From: Macrostomum lignano
Taxonomy: Eukaryota
NCBI GenBank assembly: GCA_002269645.1
Contig: NIVC01003730.1
Location: 15,945-79,944, forward strand
Direction of reading: 5' to 3'
Length of the DNA: 64,000 nucleotides
The notes below the pieces were generated by a model. It saw nothing but the letters and a program-made list of their open reading frames with translations, did no database searches and was not told the DNA's origin. Shown here in pieces: positions 24,301-37,686 of the stretch. Within the stretch, counting starts at the first letter, position 1. Each line of letters opens with the position of its first letter. Both the position numbers and the translations under genes were made by a program.

Positions 24301-27300
24301 CTACGGAGCTTCCAGCCAAAGCCGCAGGAAATATTTGTCTCGCTCCTTCTCGGTTCGGACAAACTCGTGTGGGATTGGTGGCAGAGTTCGCTCGACCTCC
24401 TTCACCGCACTGTAGGGACACCCTGTAAGCGGGGTGACAGGGGAAACACTGGAGTAGCAAGGGGAGACGCTGGAGTAGCAAGGGGAGACATTGGAGTAGC
24501 AAGGGGAGACACTGGAGTAGCAAGGGGAGACACTGGAGTAGCAAGGGGAGACACTGGAGTAGCAAGGGGAGACACTGGAGTAGCAAGGGGAGACGCTGGA
24601 GTAGCAAGGGGAGACGCTGGAGTAACAAGGGGAGACGCTGGAGTAAGCGAGGGAAGACACTGGGGTAGCAAGGGGAGACACTGGGGTAACAGGGGAGGCA
24701 GTGGGGTGTCAGAGGAGGTAGTGGGGTGTCAGAGGAGGCAGTGGGGTGTCAGAGGAGGCAGTGGGGTGTCAGAGGAGGCAGTGGGGTGTCAGAGGAGGCA
24801 GTGGGGTAGCAGAGGAGGCAGTGGGGTAGCAGAGGAGGCAGTGGGGTAGCAGAGGAGGCAGTGGGGTAGCAGAGGAGGCAGTGGGGTAGCAGAGGAGGCA
24901 GTGGGGTAGCAGAGGAGGCAGTGGGGTAGCAGAGGAGGCAGTGGGGTAGCAGAGGAGGCAGTGGGGTAGCAGAGGAGGCAGTGGGGTAGCAGAGGAGGCA
25001 GTGGGGTAGCAGAGGAGGCAGTGGGGTAGCAGAGGAGGCAGTGGGGTAGCAGAGGAGGCAGTGGGGTAGCAGAGGAGGCAGTGGGTGTCGGATAAATTTC
25101 GTACAGAAATTACCTGTTGGCTCCGCAGGCCCAGTCGTTGCGTTGCCCCTGTAAAACGGCAGCTCGACATTTTCGTAAACATCTCGAACATACTTATCCT
25201 CATCAAAGGGTATTTTCTGCAAAAGAAAGAATTCTATCAATATATCATTGTGATTGATAACAACTGTGAGCAGATTGATAACAACTGTGAGCAGATTGAT
25301 AACAACTGTGAGCAGATTGATAACAACTGTGAGCAGATTGATAACAACTGTGAGCAGATTGATAACAACTGTGAGCAGATTGATAACAACTGTGAGCAGA
25401 TTGATAACAACTGTGAGCAGATTGATAACAACTGTGAGTAGATTGATAACAACTGTGAGCAGATTGATAACAACTGTGAGCAGATTGGTAACAACTGTGA
25501 GCAGATTGATAACAACTGTGAGCAGATTGATAACAACTGAGAGTAGATTGATAACAGCTGTGAGTATGTGAGTCGATTGATAACCACTGTGAGTAGATTG
25601 ATAACACCTGTACTGAGTATGTGAGTAGATTGATAACACCTGTAAGTAGATTGATAACACCTGTACTGAGTATGTGAGCAGATTGATAACAACTGTAAGT
25701 AGATTGATAACACCTGTACTGAGTATGTGAGCAGATTGATAACAACTGTGAGCAGATTGATAACACCTGTACTGAGTATGTGAGTAGATTGATAACAACT
25801 GTGAGCAGATTGATAACACCTGTACTGAGTATGTGAGTAGATTGATAACAACTGTGAGCAGATTGATAACACCTGTACTGAGTATGTGAGTAGATTGATA
25901 ACAACTGTGAGCAGATTGATAACACCTGTACTGAGTATGTGAGTAGATTGATAACAACTGTGAGCAGATTGATAAAAATTGTGAGCAGATTGATAACAAT
26001 TGTGAGTAGATTGATAAAAATTGTGAGTAGATTGATAAAAATTGTGAGTAGATTGATAAAAATTGTGAGTAGATTGATAAAAATTGTGAGTAGATTGACA
26101 GCGGCACTGTCCCTTCAGTTTCGCAGCATAAGGACCAATCCCAAAAGCAATTTCTGCCACGGGAAAATCAGCAGGTAAATATCGAGTAAGAACAAACTTT
26201 GCAATCATTTATTTGTCTCCAATTTTTTTTGCGTCACCCACCTGTCTGATTGCGGTGGCGAGCTGGTGTAGAAACAGCGCCCATCTGGGCCTGTAGTAGC
26301 CAGCCAGCAGGCCGCTGTACATCCTGGCCGCGTAGTCCTGTATGGTGTTCGGCCCGGGACCCCAGCACGTCAGCTGATTTCGAATATTGAACTCGTACAG
26401 GCCAATCTCCGAGGGGCTGGCGGCGAATGACTTGGCGCTGTTGATGAGTCTCTGCAGCAGGAAGCGCTCGTCAGTCTGCAGCAGCTTCTCCATGCGGTCA
26501 AGAAGTCCCAGCATTGTTGCGCCCGAAGCCCTGGTTGGAAACGGTTGGTGACTGGAAACTTCATTACACACCGTTAATGTCACCTTCTACAGTCCTTCAC
26601 TAACTGACTTACTCAACGGCTGTTGCATTCTCAGTGTGAGCAGCCTGTTTGAGCACAGTGTAGTACTGGTGAAACCGAATCTGCAGCATCTGTCTTGTGA
26701 GGTCCACTTGGTCGTAGCTGGGCGGAGGGAGTTTGCGGATCCAATAACTTTCATGACGCCTGCAGTTCACAGATAAACCTGTCCCACCGACTCACTTCAG
26801 CATCGCATTGTCGGACTGATTCGTCGCGATCAGCAGTCTCCAAGCGGACTCAACCAGAGTGACATTGTAGTTCGCGTTCTCGCTTAGAGATAAGGACGGA
26901 CGAAGCACCAGGACAGGGGTCAGCATGCCAGTATGCGGCGTGTTGTATACTGTGGACTGGTGGAGTGCATGCAGGCTGTCAGTAATGCAAAAGGTTCAGT
27001 TTACATTTTACAAACAATGAGAATGCCGAGATGGATATGCAATGTAGATAGATCCAAGATAGATCCAAGATAGATCCAAGATAGATCCAAGATAGATCCA
27101 AGATAGATCTAAGATAGATCCAAAATAGATCTAAGATAGATCTAAGATAGATTCAAGATAGATCCAAGATAGATCCAAGATAGATCCAAGATAGATCCAA
27201 GATAGATCCAAGATAGATCCAGTATCAAAGATATCAGTATCAGTATCCAGTATCAAAGATATATATATATATATATAAGGCAGATGACAATGACGATGGA

Positions 27301-30300
27301 CAAATGACAGTGGACACAATACTGCAGTAGACACATGAAAGTGGACACATGACAGCGGACACGTGACTGCAGTAGACAGATAACAATGGGCACATGGCAA
27401 TGGACACAGCCGTAGACACATGACAGTGGAAACATAACAGTCGACACACAACAGTGGACACATGACAGTGGACACATGACAGTGGACACATGACAGTGGA
27501 CACATGACAGTCGAAACATAACAGTCGACACACAACAGTGGACACATGACAGTGGACACATGAACAGTGGACACATGACAGTGGACACATGACAGTGGAC
27601 ACATGACAGTCGACACATGACAGTGGACAAATGATAGTGGACACAATACTGCAGTAGATAGACGAAAGTGGACACATGACAGTGGACACATGACAGTAGA
27701 CACATGACAGTGGACACATTGCAGCAGACAGATGACAGTGGACACATGACAGTGGACAAATGACAGTGGACACATGACAGTGGACAAATGACAGCGGACA
27801 CAATACTGCAGTAGACAGACGAAAGTGGACACATGACAGTGGACACATGACAGTGGACACATGACAGTGGACACATGACAGTAGACACATGACAGTGGAC
27901 ACATGACAGTGGACACATGACAGTGGACACATGAACAGTGGACACATGACAGTGGACACATGACAGAGGACACATGACAGTCGACACATGACAGTGGACA
28001 AATGGTAGTGGACACAATACTGCAGTAGATAGACGAAAGTGGACACATGACAGTGGACACATGACAGTAGACACATGACAGTGGACACATTGCAGTAGAC
28101 AGATGACAGTGGACACATGACAGTGGACAAATGACAGTGGACACAATACTGCAGTAGACAGACGAAAGTGGACACATGACAGTGGACACATGACAGTGGA
28201 CACATGACAGTGGACACATGACAGTGGACACATGACAGTGGACACATGACAGTGGACACATGACAGTGGACACATGACAGTGGACACATGACAGTGGACA
28301 CATGACAGTGGACACATGACAGTGGACACATGACAGTGGACACATGACAGTGGACACATGACAGTGGACACATGACAGTGGACACATGACAGTGGACACA
28401 TGACAGTGGACACATGACAGTGGACACATGACAGTGGACACATATTGCAGCAGACAGATGACAGTGGACACCTGACAGTGGACAAATGACAGTGGACAAA
28501 TGACAGTGGACAAATGACAGTGGACAAATGACAGTGGACAAATGACAGTGGACAAATGACAGTGGACAAATGACAGTGGACAAATGACAGTGGACAAATG
28601 ACAGTGGACAAATGACAGTGGACAAATGACAGTGGACAAATGACAGTGGACAAATGACAGTGGACAAATGACAGTGGACACAATACTGCAGTAGACAGAC
28701 GAAAGTGCACACATGACAGTAGGCAAATCAAAGCGGTGAGTGAAGCTTGCGCAGACTTCAATCTGCAAATTTGATAAAAAGGCTTCAACCAACGCTGCTG
28801 CAGCCTCACCAACAGTCCCTCCCACGCATCCAGCAGGTTGCGATCTGGACGCCCGTACCGCCGCCTTGCGTAGTCTCGGATCCACTCAGCCAGCGACTCC
28901 GGCTGCTCGGCCCTCCAGTTGAACTCCATCACCAGCTCGTACACAACTTCGTTCTGCCCGATTCCTTCCGGCTGGATTCCTGTGCCGAGCATGTTTCCAG
29001 GGAACTGACGCCGCAGGCCAAAGGGCCCGTGCTGGCCAAAGTTTTGCAGCTGGCCGTACATGGCGTTGTTACCGCCAAAGTTGTGCAGGGCTGTCCACAC
29101 GAAATTGTGTCCGAAGAAGCCGTCCAACTGTTGGGCCAGGTTGACCGTTTCGCCCCACAGCTCCATCACTAGTAGATGAGTCTGCATTGAGTAGGGCAGG
29201 CACTTGACAGATCAGTGACACATTGAGTCAAAAGTCGAATTGTTAAACCGCTCACCATGTTGATGGGCTCAAAGAACGCCTTGGCCCGATTGATCGTCCA
29301 AAAGTCGGCGGCGTTATTTAAAAACCAGCTTTGCAAGACCCTGGGATATGGCCAAGTAAAAAAGAGTCTTTTCTCAGTCGATGACCGCAGCGGCTTCTCT
29401 ATCGACGTGAAAGACTTACCAAACGCCCTGGAGATCGGCACGTAAAAATCCATTAAGAATTGCAGCGCTGACCGCCCTGATGTAGGCCGGGTCACTGAAG
29501 AGAGTTGCCGGGAGAAACAATTAATTATCTATAATGAGCGCTCTGTTGCTTGTAGGGGTGTTCGGGCTTCCATTTTTCCGGGTTTGGGGTTTACCTCGAA
29601 CCCGACCCCGAACTTTCCCTGAAAGGAGAACACTTCATCTCAGGCTTTCTACGAGCTATTGTGCTTTTTCCACGAGTGACGACTGAAGGGAGTTACTCGT
29701 CCTGAGGTACATCTAGTAGTCTACGCTCGTACTCATTTGCAGTCCTGGCTCCTGAACTCCTATTTATAGTCATCGGCTAGCAATCTCAAGTCTTCACTCC
29801 TCTCCTCCCTATAATTTGACTCCTCATTCTTAAGATCTTAGCATTGACTTTAACATCCACTTATCCAACTGTTTGCCAACTTGGGTTCAAGCTGTCATTG
29901 TTAGCGCAACATTCGAGTGTAGCTTAATGAAGAATTGGAAAATAAAGGTTGAACACCCTTGAATTTTTAATTAAAAACTTTTGCATCTACCGCAAAAACA
30001 AAAATAAAGTGATTTTTTAAATCCACAAGCATAGTCCAGCGGCCAGCCGGAATGCATAGATTCATAGATTTCATCCGTAGAACCATACGTTTGTAATTGA
30101 AAACTTAAATTCAAGCATTATTTATTTCGGTTTTTCGAAGTTTAAATTTTCGCCTTTTTATACTTAAAAAGCGTTACATAACGACAGTAGGAGAAATCTA
30201 TTTTTAAAATAGCTAAAGTCTTCTTTCCTTTGAACCCGAAAATCCCGAAAACCCGACCCGAATACCCTACCCCGAACACCCCTAGTTGCTTGTGGCAACA

Positions 30301-32583
30301 TGTACATGTAGATGACATTCACGGGGAAATTTTTAAGCTTGAACTGCGAACTCTGATGAAGCACATCTACTCACCCGTTGGACGGCAGATTCTCATTAAA
30401 CGGATCCATAGCGTAGTGATGAGTCACGTGACCGAAGACTTTCACGTTCTGGAAGAATTCTCTGTGACTTGAAGTGTCAAAGCGTTAATTGCAATATTAT
30501 CGCCAATCAAATCTTCACTACAACTGTTACCTCCTTGATGACAGCCGCAGACAAATTCGTGAACATCGGGTCGTTCGGGTTCACAAAGTATACTCTAGAA
30601 TTTGTTAGTGTTGAGTTCAGACAAGCAGATGCATGTATCAAAAAATTGTATTCCATCGCACAAATACCTACTGAGAGTAGTTTCGTCCAAAGTTGTTCCA
30701 GTCGGATAGTTGAGTATAGTTCACATTTGGATATTTTCTGCAAAATTGATTGCAATTAGCAATGAGCTGTGCACACTTCTATTGCACAAACAGCTCAGTC
30801 GCAGCTATTGCTCGGCGCATCTGACTGGGGGTCTCGCTACATCCACCCTCCATTAAGCTAATGGCACCCATTTCGCAGCTGGGTGAAGTGAAGCAATGCA
30901 GAGTTTAGTGTCGTGATCAAAGACCCAAATTGTTGCGATTGGCTCGAGAATCGAACCGCCGACCTTTTCAGTCGTGGGTCCGAAGCTCCTAACCACTAGG
31001 CTACAACCCCTCGGCTATACACATATACAATCTACATAAGGAAGCAGTGGTGTACGCTCGTATTCCAGAATAAATTGAAGGTGAAAAAGTACAACTCACA
31101 ATGAACAGAACTACAAATCACTAAAGAGGAATTATGCTCGTAAGCCTTAAGCGGTTGAAAAGCCTTAAGCCTTAAGCCTTGCGAAAATGAAGAAAATGCA
31201 AATTTCTATTGTTTCACGAGTGCTACGAGCGTATAATATCGTTGAAGTGGTGTGGTGTGTACATGTAGTTTGTTTACTAACGGGATCAAGTGACTGCTTG
31301 AAACTAGTGGTTTATTAGCTTATTAGCCCTAACCCCGCCAAATATCTGATATCTTTGGTCTGTCTGCTGATACAGGTTGCCAGCTAAGAAGACATTCGAT
31401 TTCACACGGACTAGACTTGCTTAACAAACGAATCTGGCACCATGCCGGAGAACCCTTGCAGCACGGAAGTGATGCCCAGTGCTGCCATTCGGTCCAGAAT
31501 ACGCCGCTGCAGGTCCACTTGAGAGTCGCACCATGCCTTGGATAGTGGGCCGCCCCAGGCCTTGAGGTTGCCCATGCGACCCCTGAAATGAGGGAACCGG
31601 ATTGCTAATCAATATTCCAATATATCGTCCCCAGCATCCAGTCTCTCACCAGGCCAGAAAAGCGGGCCCGGGAAAGTACTGAACCAAATCCGCCTCGGTC
31701 AGCCCGAAGTGACTCATGGCGCCCGCCATCACTCGCTCCTGGCCGGTGAGCGCGTACGCCAAATTCACTCCGTGCAAAGCCATCCAGTCAATGTGGCGCT
31801 CCCAGTCCGAGAACCGCCACCAAACGTACGAGTAGGAGAACGTCACCACATTCGGCATCACTGTGTAGACGTCCTGCGACTCCAGAGTCAGCTGACCGGA
31901 AGGCAGCATTGGGAGACGATCCGGTGGCAGGGCTACCTGGGTACCCGACCAGGACACCATTGCGGAGCAGTAGCCGGTGAGGTACCGATGCAGTGCCCAG
32001 GCAGCGGCAACGCCAGAGTTAGCGCTGATGCTGACATTGTTGCGACCAGTGTTTCTTATCTGCAGGTCTTTTTGTGAGTAGCAAATTGTTTTGATGAGTA
32101 GCATCATTCCTTGACAGAGAAAAGTAGACTGACACTGAATACAATCTGAAATGCTTTAAACTAATTTCTAATAAAAAAGGCAGGAAGAAGACCTCACAAA
32201 CGCTTGCAAACGCTGTTAACCTGAATGTATTAGCTGGTATAAACTCTGAACTATGAAATCCTCAAAATCAATAATCTATCCTATTTTAAAAGCCTATCAA
32301 ACACTGAGACTAATCATTAATATCACCTACATGTAGATGTGACACTATGATTATGCTGTAATGATCTCACCAGCGCCCGATGCCTGGGCAGAGCCGTGTC
32401 GGGCGTCACTCTGAATGAAAACCGCGCAGCATCGACACCCAGAAGCCGGCTGGCCAACTGCTCGACTGCCAGTGCCTGCCGTTGATCCTCCCTTGCTGGG
32501 CTGTTGCCAGAAGCAACCGCAGAAACGGCAGTCGCGGCGATAATGAAGAAGACAAACAAATCGAATGAATTGCGAGTGAACAT
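24301..32583 (-). CDS. NAGLU: Alpha-N-acetylglucosaminidase (GH89), ~14 exons: 32583-32371, 32059-31650, ~31582-31423, ~30747-30679, ~30596-30531, 30448-30375, ~29494-29420, ~29340-29256, ~29165-28806, ~26975-26800, ~26760-26620, ~26530-26240, ~25225-25117, probably ~24409-24301
   Basis: Signal peptide plus family motifs [82 protein letters not shown] and [19 protein letters not shown], all in the expected order. The last exon is tentative because of a phase mismatch. Confidence 0.93.
24425..25085. repeat. Compound minisatellite: 21-bp (GGAGTAGCAAGGGGAGACACT) grading into 20-bp (GTGGGGTAGCAGAGGAGGCA)
   Basis: Periods read directly. Confidence 0.96.
25250..26100. repeat. 21-bp minisatellite (GATTGATAACAACTGTGAGCA) with longer variants, NAGLU intron
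   Basis: Period 21 (25261, 25282). Confidence 0.96.
27048..27225. repeat. 11-bp tandem repeat (AGATCCAAGAT)
   Basis: Period 11 (27061, 27072, 27083). Confidence 0.94.
27290..28720. repeat. 14-bp minisatellite (GACAGTGGACACAT), ~100 copies, NAGLU intron
   Basis: Period 14 (28201, 28215). Confidence 0.97.
29553..30284. mobile_element. Non-autonomous hAT-type element (732 bp) in a NAGLU intron
   Basis: TIR TAGGGGTGTTCGGG...CCCGAACACCCCTA; 8-bp TSD GTTGCTTG at 29545-29552 and 30285-30292; subterminal CCCGA repeats. Confidence 0.88.
30770..31011 (-). mobile_element. tRNA-derived SINE, copy 2 (NAGLU intron)
   Basis: Minus-strand AGGGGTTGTAGCCTAGTGGTTAG head and GGTTCGATTC B-box (30948-30957). 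Body similar to copies 1 and 3. Confidence 0.8.
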
Positions 32584-34045
32584 ACTGAGTCGAGATGGAA
32601 CGCTGCATGCAGCATGGTCCACTTACCAGTGAACTTATATAATTATTCGATCTAGGCATTAGACACTTAACCTGCCCGTACACTGAGTGGTTTAAAATGC
32701 GCACGCTGCAATGTACAATGTATGTAGCTGTGTGTTCTTGTTTATAGGTGTGCGAATATTGGACGGCGGTAAATGACATTTTCAACCGCTCACCCCTATA
32801 TCAGTAGATCATGTAGCATAAAAAGCTAGCGTACCCCCCCCCCCAGTAACCAACCAGCCCCAGTGTATTCCGAAGTTGCACAAGTTATAGACACGGCTAT
32901 TAGGTTCGTCTCAGAATGCTAAAAAATTGTGGTTCACAAAAACATGCAAGTATCTAAAACGTATAATAACTCATTAATAGAAATTAATGCTTTAATCTAC
33001 ATACTACTTGTATAAACTGCAGCATGCCACACAAATGTACCACTGCAATAAAAGCGCCGGAATGTACGCTCTATCCTCTGTCTGTATGGTCTATTCTTCA
33101 GCCTCAATCGCGCCTCTCTTTCGCCTATCTCAACCCTTGCTTAGATCTGTTTCTCTTCAACAATTCCATGCCGCGTACACCATTTTCCTACAATCCATAG
33201 CTAAATCTCTTCTCCTGTAGCCTGAGCTCTGTCGTTCCATTGGTTGGCTCATTCGTGGAGTGGACTCAGTCCAACAATGCTCTCGTCTTCAGCGTACATT
33301 TGTCCGAATGGCTCAGTCAAACGGCATTTGCTTGTGCCTAAAAATGAGGCTGCAGCAAACAAAGCAAGCAAGGCTAGAAAGCAGCTCTGCTGTGTAATAG
33401 CAGACTTGCAACGGAGGAGTTTCTGGAAAGACAGGTAAGTCACCATGTACACTCCTAGGTCTCTAGATTTCGTGTCTGGCAATCCGAAATACTTGTAGCT
33501 ATTTTTTTTAATGTCAAACATGAAATAGGTACGAGCTATGTATATGGAGCTAGAGTATGTTGTAGAGTTCTAAAAGTAGCATCTAGATTGGAAATTAAAT
33601 TTCATCGTACGTTGAATCATTCTCCAGCCACATTGATTTGCTTAGTGACTTACTAAAGCTCGTAGTCTAGCAAAGTCTGGGTTTGCTAAATACAAGTTAA
33701 AATAAAATCTCAATGAAAATTATGTTTTGAAAGCAATGAACAACAATAACGCTGCAAAAAGAAAGGTCCTACAATGTATAACAGTATGACAGGGCACGCG
33801 GTCTAGGGGTGTCGGTACCGGGGGGGGCACGGGGGGGGCTGGAGCCTACATACATACAAGGATCACTTTTTAGCATGATCCTCCAAATGACCTTTTTGAA
33901 TTTCAAGCAAGTGTCGGCCGGTTTTCGGCTTTGGCTTTACTGAGTCTTGGAAGCTAAGAGTAGCAGCTGATATAATAGTTCATGTTGTTCTCAGTTCCTT
34001 TCCACTACAGTTTATCCAATGTTCCTAAGCCTTGTGCTTTTAGTG

Positions 34046-34854
34046 CAGGGGTCAGCAAACTTTTTACTTCAAGGGCCAGATTGAGAACAGCGTGACTGCC
34101 CTTCTGGGTCCGCTTCTCTGGGCCCCCTAAGCGAAACGCGCGCCAGAAGTCCCTGATGACTGCGGGCTATAGGGAGAGAGGATGGAGAATAGAGAAGAGA
34201 AATACGAGTGCAGGAGAAAGGAGAGGCGAAGGAATAAAGGAGAAGAGAGTAGACGAGAACAGAGATAAAATAGGAGAGAAGAGAGGAGAGGGGAGATGAA
34301 TGAGGAGAGGAGAGTCGAAATATAAGAGAGGAGAGAAGGACATGAGAGAGGAGGGAAGGGAGAAGAGAATGGAGAGGAAACGGGAGATGAGAGGAGAGGA
34401 GAGATGAGAGAGGTGAAATGAGAGGAGAGGAGAGAGGTGAGGAGGTGAGATGAGAGGAGAGGAGAGAGGTGAGGAGATGAGAGGAGAGGAGAGAGGTGAG
34501 GGAGGTGAGGAGAGGAAAGGAAATGAGAGAGGAGAGGAGAGGAGAGAGGAGAGGAGACGAGAGAAGAGGAGAGGAGAGGAGAGGAGAGGAGAGGAGAGGA
34601 GAGAGGTGAGGAGATGAGAGGAGAGGGGTGAGGAGAGGTGAGGAGAGGAAAGGAAATGAGAGAGGAGAGGAGAGGAGAGGAGAGGAGAGGACAGGAGAAT
34701 ATGAGAAGAGAGAGGTGAGGGAAGAGAGCTGAGAAGAGACACAAGCCTTGAGCGGGCCGGATTGCTCTTGTGAATATTCAAAGGACCCAAGGGCCGGATA
34801 GAGAGGCTTTGCGGGGCCACATTTGGCCCTCAGGCCGGAGTTTGCCAACCCCTG
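34046..34854. mobile_element. Non-autonomous hAT (Charlie-like) element containing an expanded (GAGAG)n microsatellite at ~34170-34740
   Basis: TIR CAGGGGTCAGCAAACT...AGTTTGCCAACCCCTG; perfect 8-bp TSD TTTTAGTG (34038-34045, 34855-34862); subterminal GGGCCG/GGCCGG motifs. Confidence 0.9.
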
Positions 34855-35845
34855 TTTTAGTGTTTAGCTCTTTTACTTTGGCATCTCTGATCGAAATTCC
34901 GAGTCTGCCGCAATCCCAAGACTTAAGCCGCTGCTGGCGCTGCAACTAAAAGCACAAAAATGCCGTCAGATAAAAGAATGAAGAGTCAGCGCCAAGAAGA
35001 ACTGAAGGAGGCAGCCAAGAGACCCAGAAAATTACTGGTCTTGCCCTGGCAATTTTCATTCATTTGAGATATTTACTAAATAAATTGATAGTGCAGTGCA
35101 GTTGCGCAATGTTTGAATTATTTGAGAATTTGAACGTTTTTCAGACTTTTGGCCACTTTCAACACAATTGAATATTGGCCTGGTTGTCACAATGTCACAA
35201 ACTGACATAACAGCAGGAGTTTGGGTGCCCTTAGATTAAAAAAAAATCATGTGCAATGTGCACCCTCCCACCAATAGCCCCCCACTTTTAAATATGTTCC
35301 GACACGATGCATTGCTTTTGTCTGTCTGACTGAGAATGAAGCCACCTACATTACTCTCCAGCCCCTCCGAGCTGAACCCTCCTCGGCCACTGCTTCTGCA
35401 ACACCAACGCTAAGTTGCGAATAAATAAAGTACAAATATATGGTTGGATTTTTATCACTTTGCTTGGCTTTTGCAGTCCATGGCCCATAGACTAAGGCAA
35501 GATGCAGCCAATTGGCCCCTGGCGTAGCGTATGGAGGCAGCGTATATGGAGGATTCTCAGGCTGACAAAAGCTATATCTAGATCTGAGCCAGCAGGTACA
35601 AGACGAATCTGGTAAATTCGTCAAAAAAGCAGCTCAGCATGCTCAGAATGAGATAATTAACCAAGACAACGGCTGAGGGATGCCTTTTATAACGGAGGCA
35701 AGGAAACAGACGCTACGTTAATCTTCATGCTGTAATGAAATTGAGAGTTATAGATGTGGAGTAATCTGTTTTCATTTAAATTCCTCAGCTGCCGACACTT
35801 CTGAAGCAGCGATAGTCAGGGTGCCCGTCGGACCAAACCGCAGCC

Positions 35846-37374
35846 ATGATGAGCACCTCAACCTTCTGCAGAAGCCTGCGACGCCGGTTAAAACTGCGCA
35901 ACTTCCTCGGTTGCATTGGCCTTCTGGCCATAGCAACTATCCTCTACCGTCTCTTCGCCGTGGCCCCCGAAAAGTTCACTATGCAGCTCACTGAGCCAGA
36001 CAGCTACCAAGTAAAAGGAGATTCAGTTAAAAAAATAAAAAGAATTCCGGCAATCCTTCATCAGACCTGGATATCCGACATCATCCCTAGCACCTACGTG
36101 CCCTACGTGCGCAGCTGGGCGAATCACAGGCCCCGCCTTGACTATTACTACTGGACAGACGCCAACTCGCTTGAGTTCGTGGCGCGCCACTATCCGGAGA
36201 TTCTGGCCACTTTCCGAGGTTACCCAGCTCACCTGAGTCGGGCGGACGCTGTCAGGTACATGCTGCTGCATAAATATGGCGGCATCTATGCCGATATGGA
36301 CATGATGCGGCTGAGAGACCTGGCCCCGCTGCTCAACAATAGCAGGGAGTTGTGCTACCTCAGCCAGGAACGCTACGAGATCACGCGGCTTTACTGGGGA
36401 TACAACAGGTAGGTTTTGAATTGGCTAAGCTTTAATAGACAGTCTTGAGGACAAATATGCTATTATAGTGAACTGATACACTGATAAACAAAAAACGATA
36501 TGCGATTTAGACATCCCAATACGGCCAATATACGTACAATTGCGTAATTCCAGTTTTAGAGCACCATTTAAAGTTTCCATTAAGTTTTTAATTGACTCCG
36601 TCATTTAGACAACGCTTCTCAATCTGTATACTTCCAATGACCAATGCACAAAATAAGAAATAACTTTTAAATGCATGAAAATCGCAAGAAGTCATATCGG
36701 TTTTGTTGAAATAGACTGGGAAGAGGTGTTAGCATTTTGCTAGTGTTGTGAAGTAATCCAGCGGATGCTCTTAATTGAACTGACTGCCCAAAATCTGCAT
36801 CCATGGAGAGCGGATTCGTCCTCCAGGGGTGACATTTACGAAATCCAGATTTGGCATTGGCTTGTCTTCGTTCTAACACACCAACAGCAGCGTCATGAAC
36901 GCCATAATGCTAAGCGCGCCGGGCCACAAGTTCATGGAGTACGTTGTCAAGGCTCTGTCAAGATTCGCCAACAACTCCCCGGACGTCATGACCTCGACGG
37001 GGCCGTTATTTCTGCAGAGAGTCTACGAAGAGTTCCATTACCGATCGCCCGTCTGCGACCTGCGTGACCCGATGTGCCGCTGTGTGGCAGCCGACCCCTA
37101 CGACTTCATGCCGCAGGTGGACCCGATCCGAATCCCGCTGTTCCGCGGCAAGTGCTCCTCGCCCAACCAGCTGAAACCCAACGCTGTGGAGGCCTGCCGG
37201 ATGCTGGACCAAATAGGATGGCGCAACGAGATCTCAGAGATCGGCACCAGGTCCTACACGCACCACGGATTTCTGCACTACGGCTTCGAGAACCAGCGGT
37301 TGAAGTTCGCCTCGGTGGCCAACATTAGCAGCGTCCGCGCAGACAGGCTCAGCTTCGGTCGGGAGATTCATTGA
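35846..37374 (+). CDS. GT32-family DxD glycosyltransferase (type II membrane). Exons 35846-36408 and 36891(or 36888)-37374.
   Basis: N-terminal TM, 'KRIPAILHQTW', 'RADAVRYMLLHKYGGIYADMD', and after a phase-2 splice 'NAIMLSAPGHKFM' and 'VMTSTGPLFL'. Confidence 0.88.
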
Positions 37375-37461
37375 TGCGACTTTTATACCGCCGCTGACGG
37401 CCGTTTCTTTGCTGTTATCGGTCATGGACAACTCAAGTAGCACAAGGTTTTCAAAACAAGG

Positions 37462-37686
37462 TTTTCTTAGAAATGAGCCGGAGGCCGGAATTAGGAACGT
37501 GTATTTGTCGCATTGCTAGGGCGTTTATTACAATATGCTCCGGAGAACGTATAGCGCTAAATGCATGGGGTTTGGCCATAGACGAATTCAGTCGAGAAAC
37601 AGCCGATTTGTCGGGAGCACACTGAATGCACTGCGATATGCGGCAAATATAGGTTCCTTCCGGCCTCTGGCTCATTTCTAAGAAAA
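37462..37686. mobile_element. Small MITE-like foldback (~225 bp)
   Basis: 29-bp inverted repeats TTTTCTTAGAAATGAGCCGGAGGCCGGAA / TTCCGGCCTCTGGCTCATTTCTAAGAAAA (1 mismatch). TSD not resolved. Confidence 0.55.

Noticed and set aside
27131-29187. Long Cys/His-rich ORFs (584, 490, 644 aa) that look like metal-binding proteins
   Set aside because: They are translations of a 14-bp intronic satellite. Only the NAGLU exon part is real.
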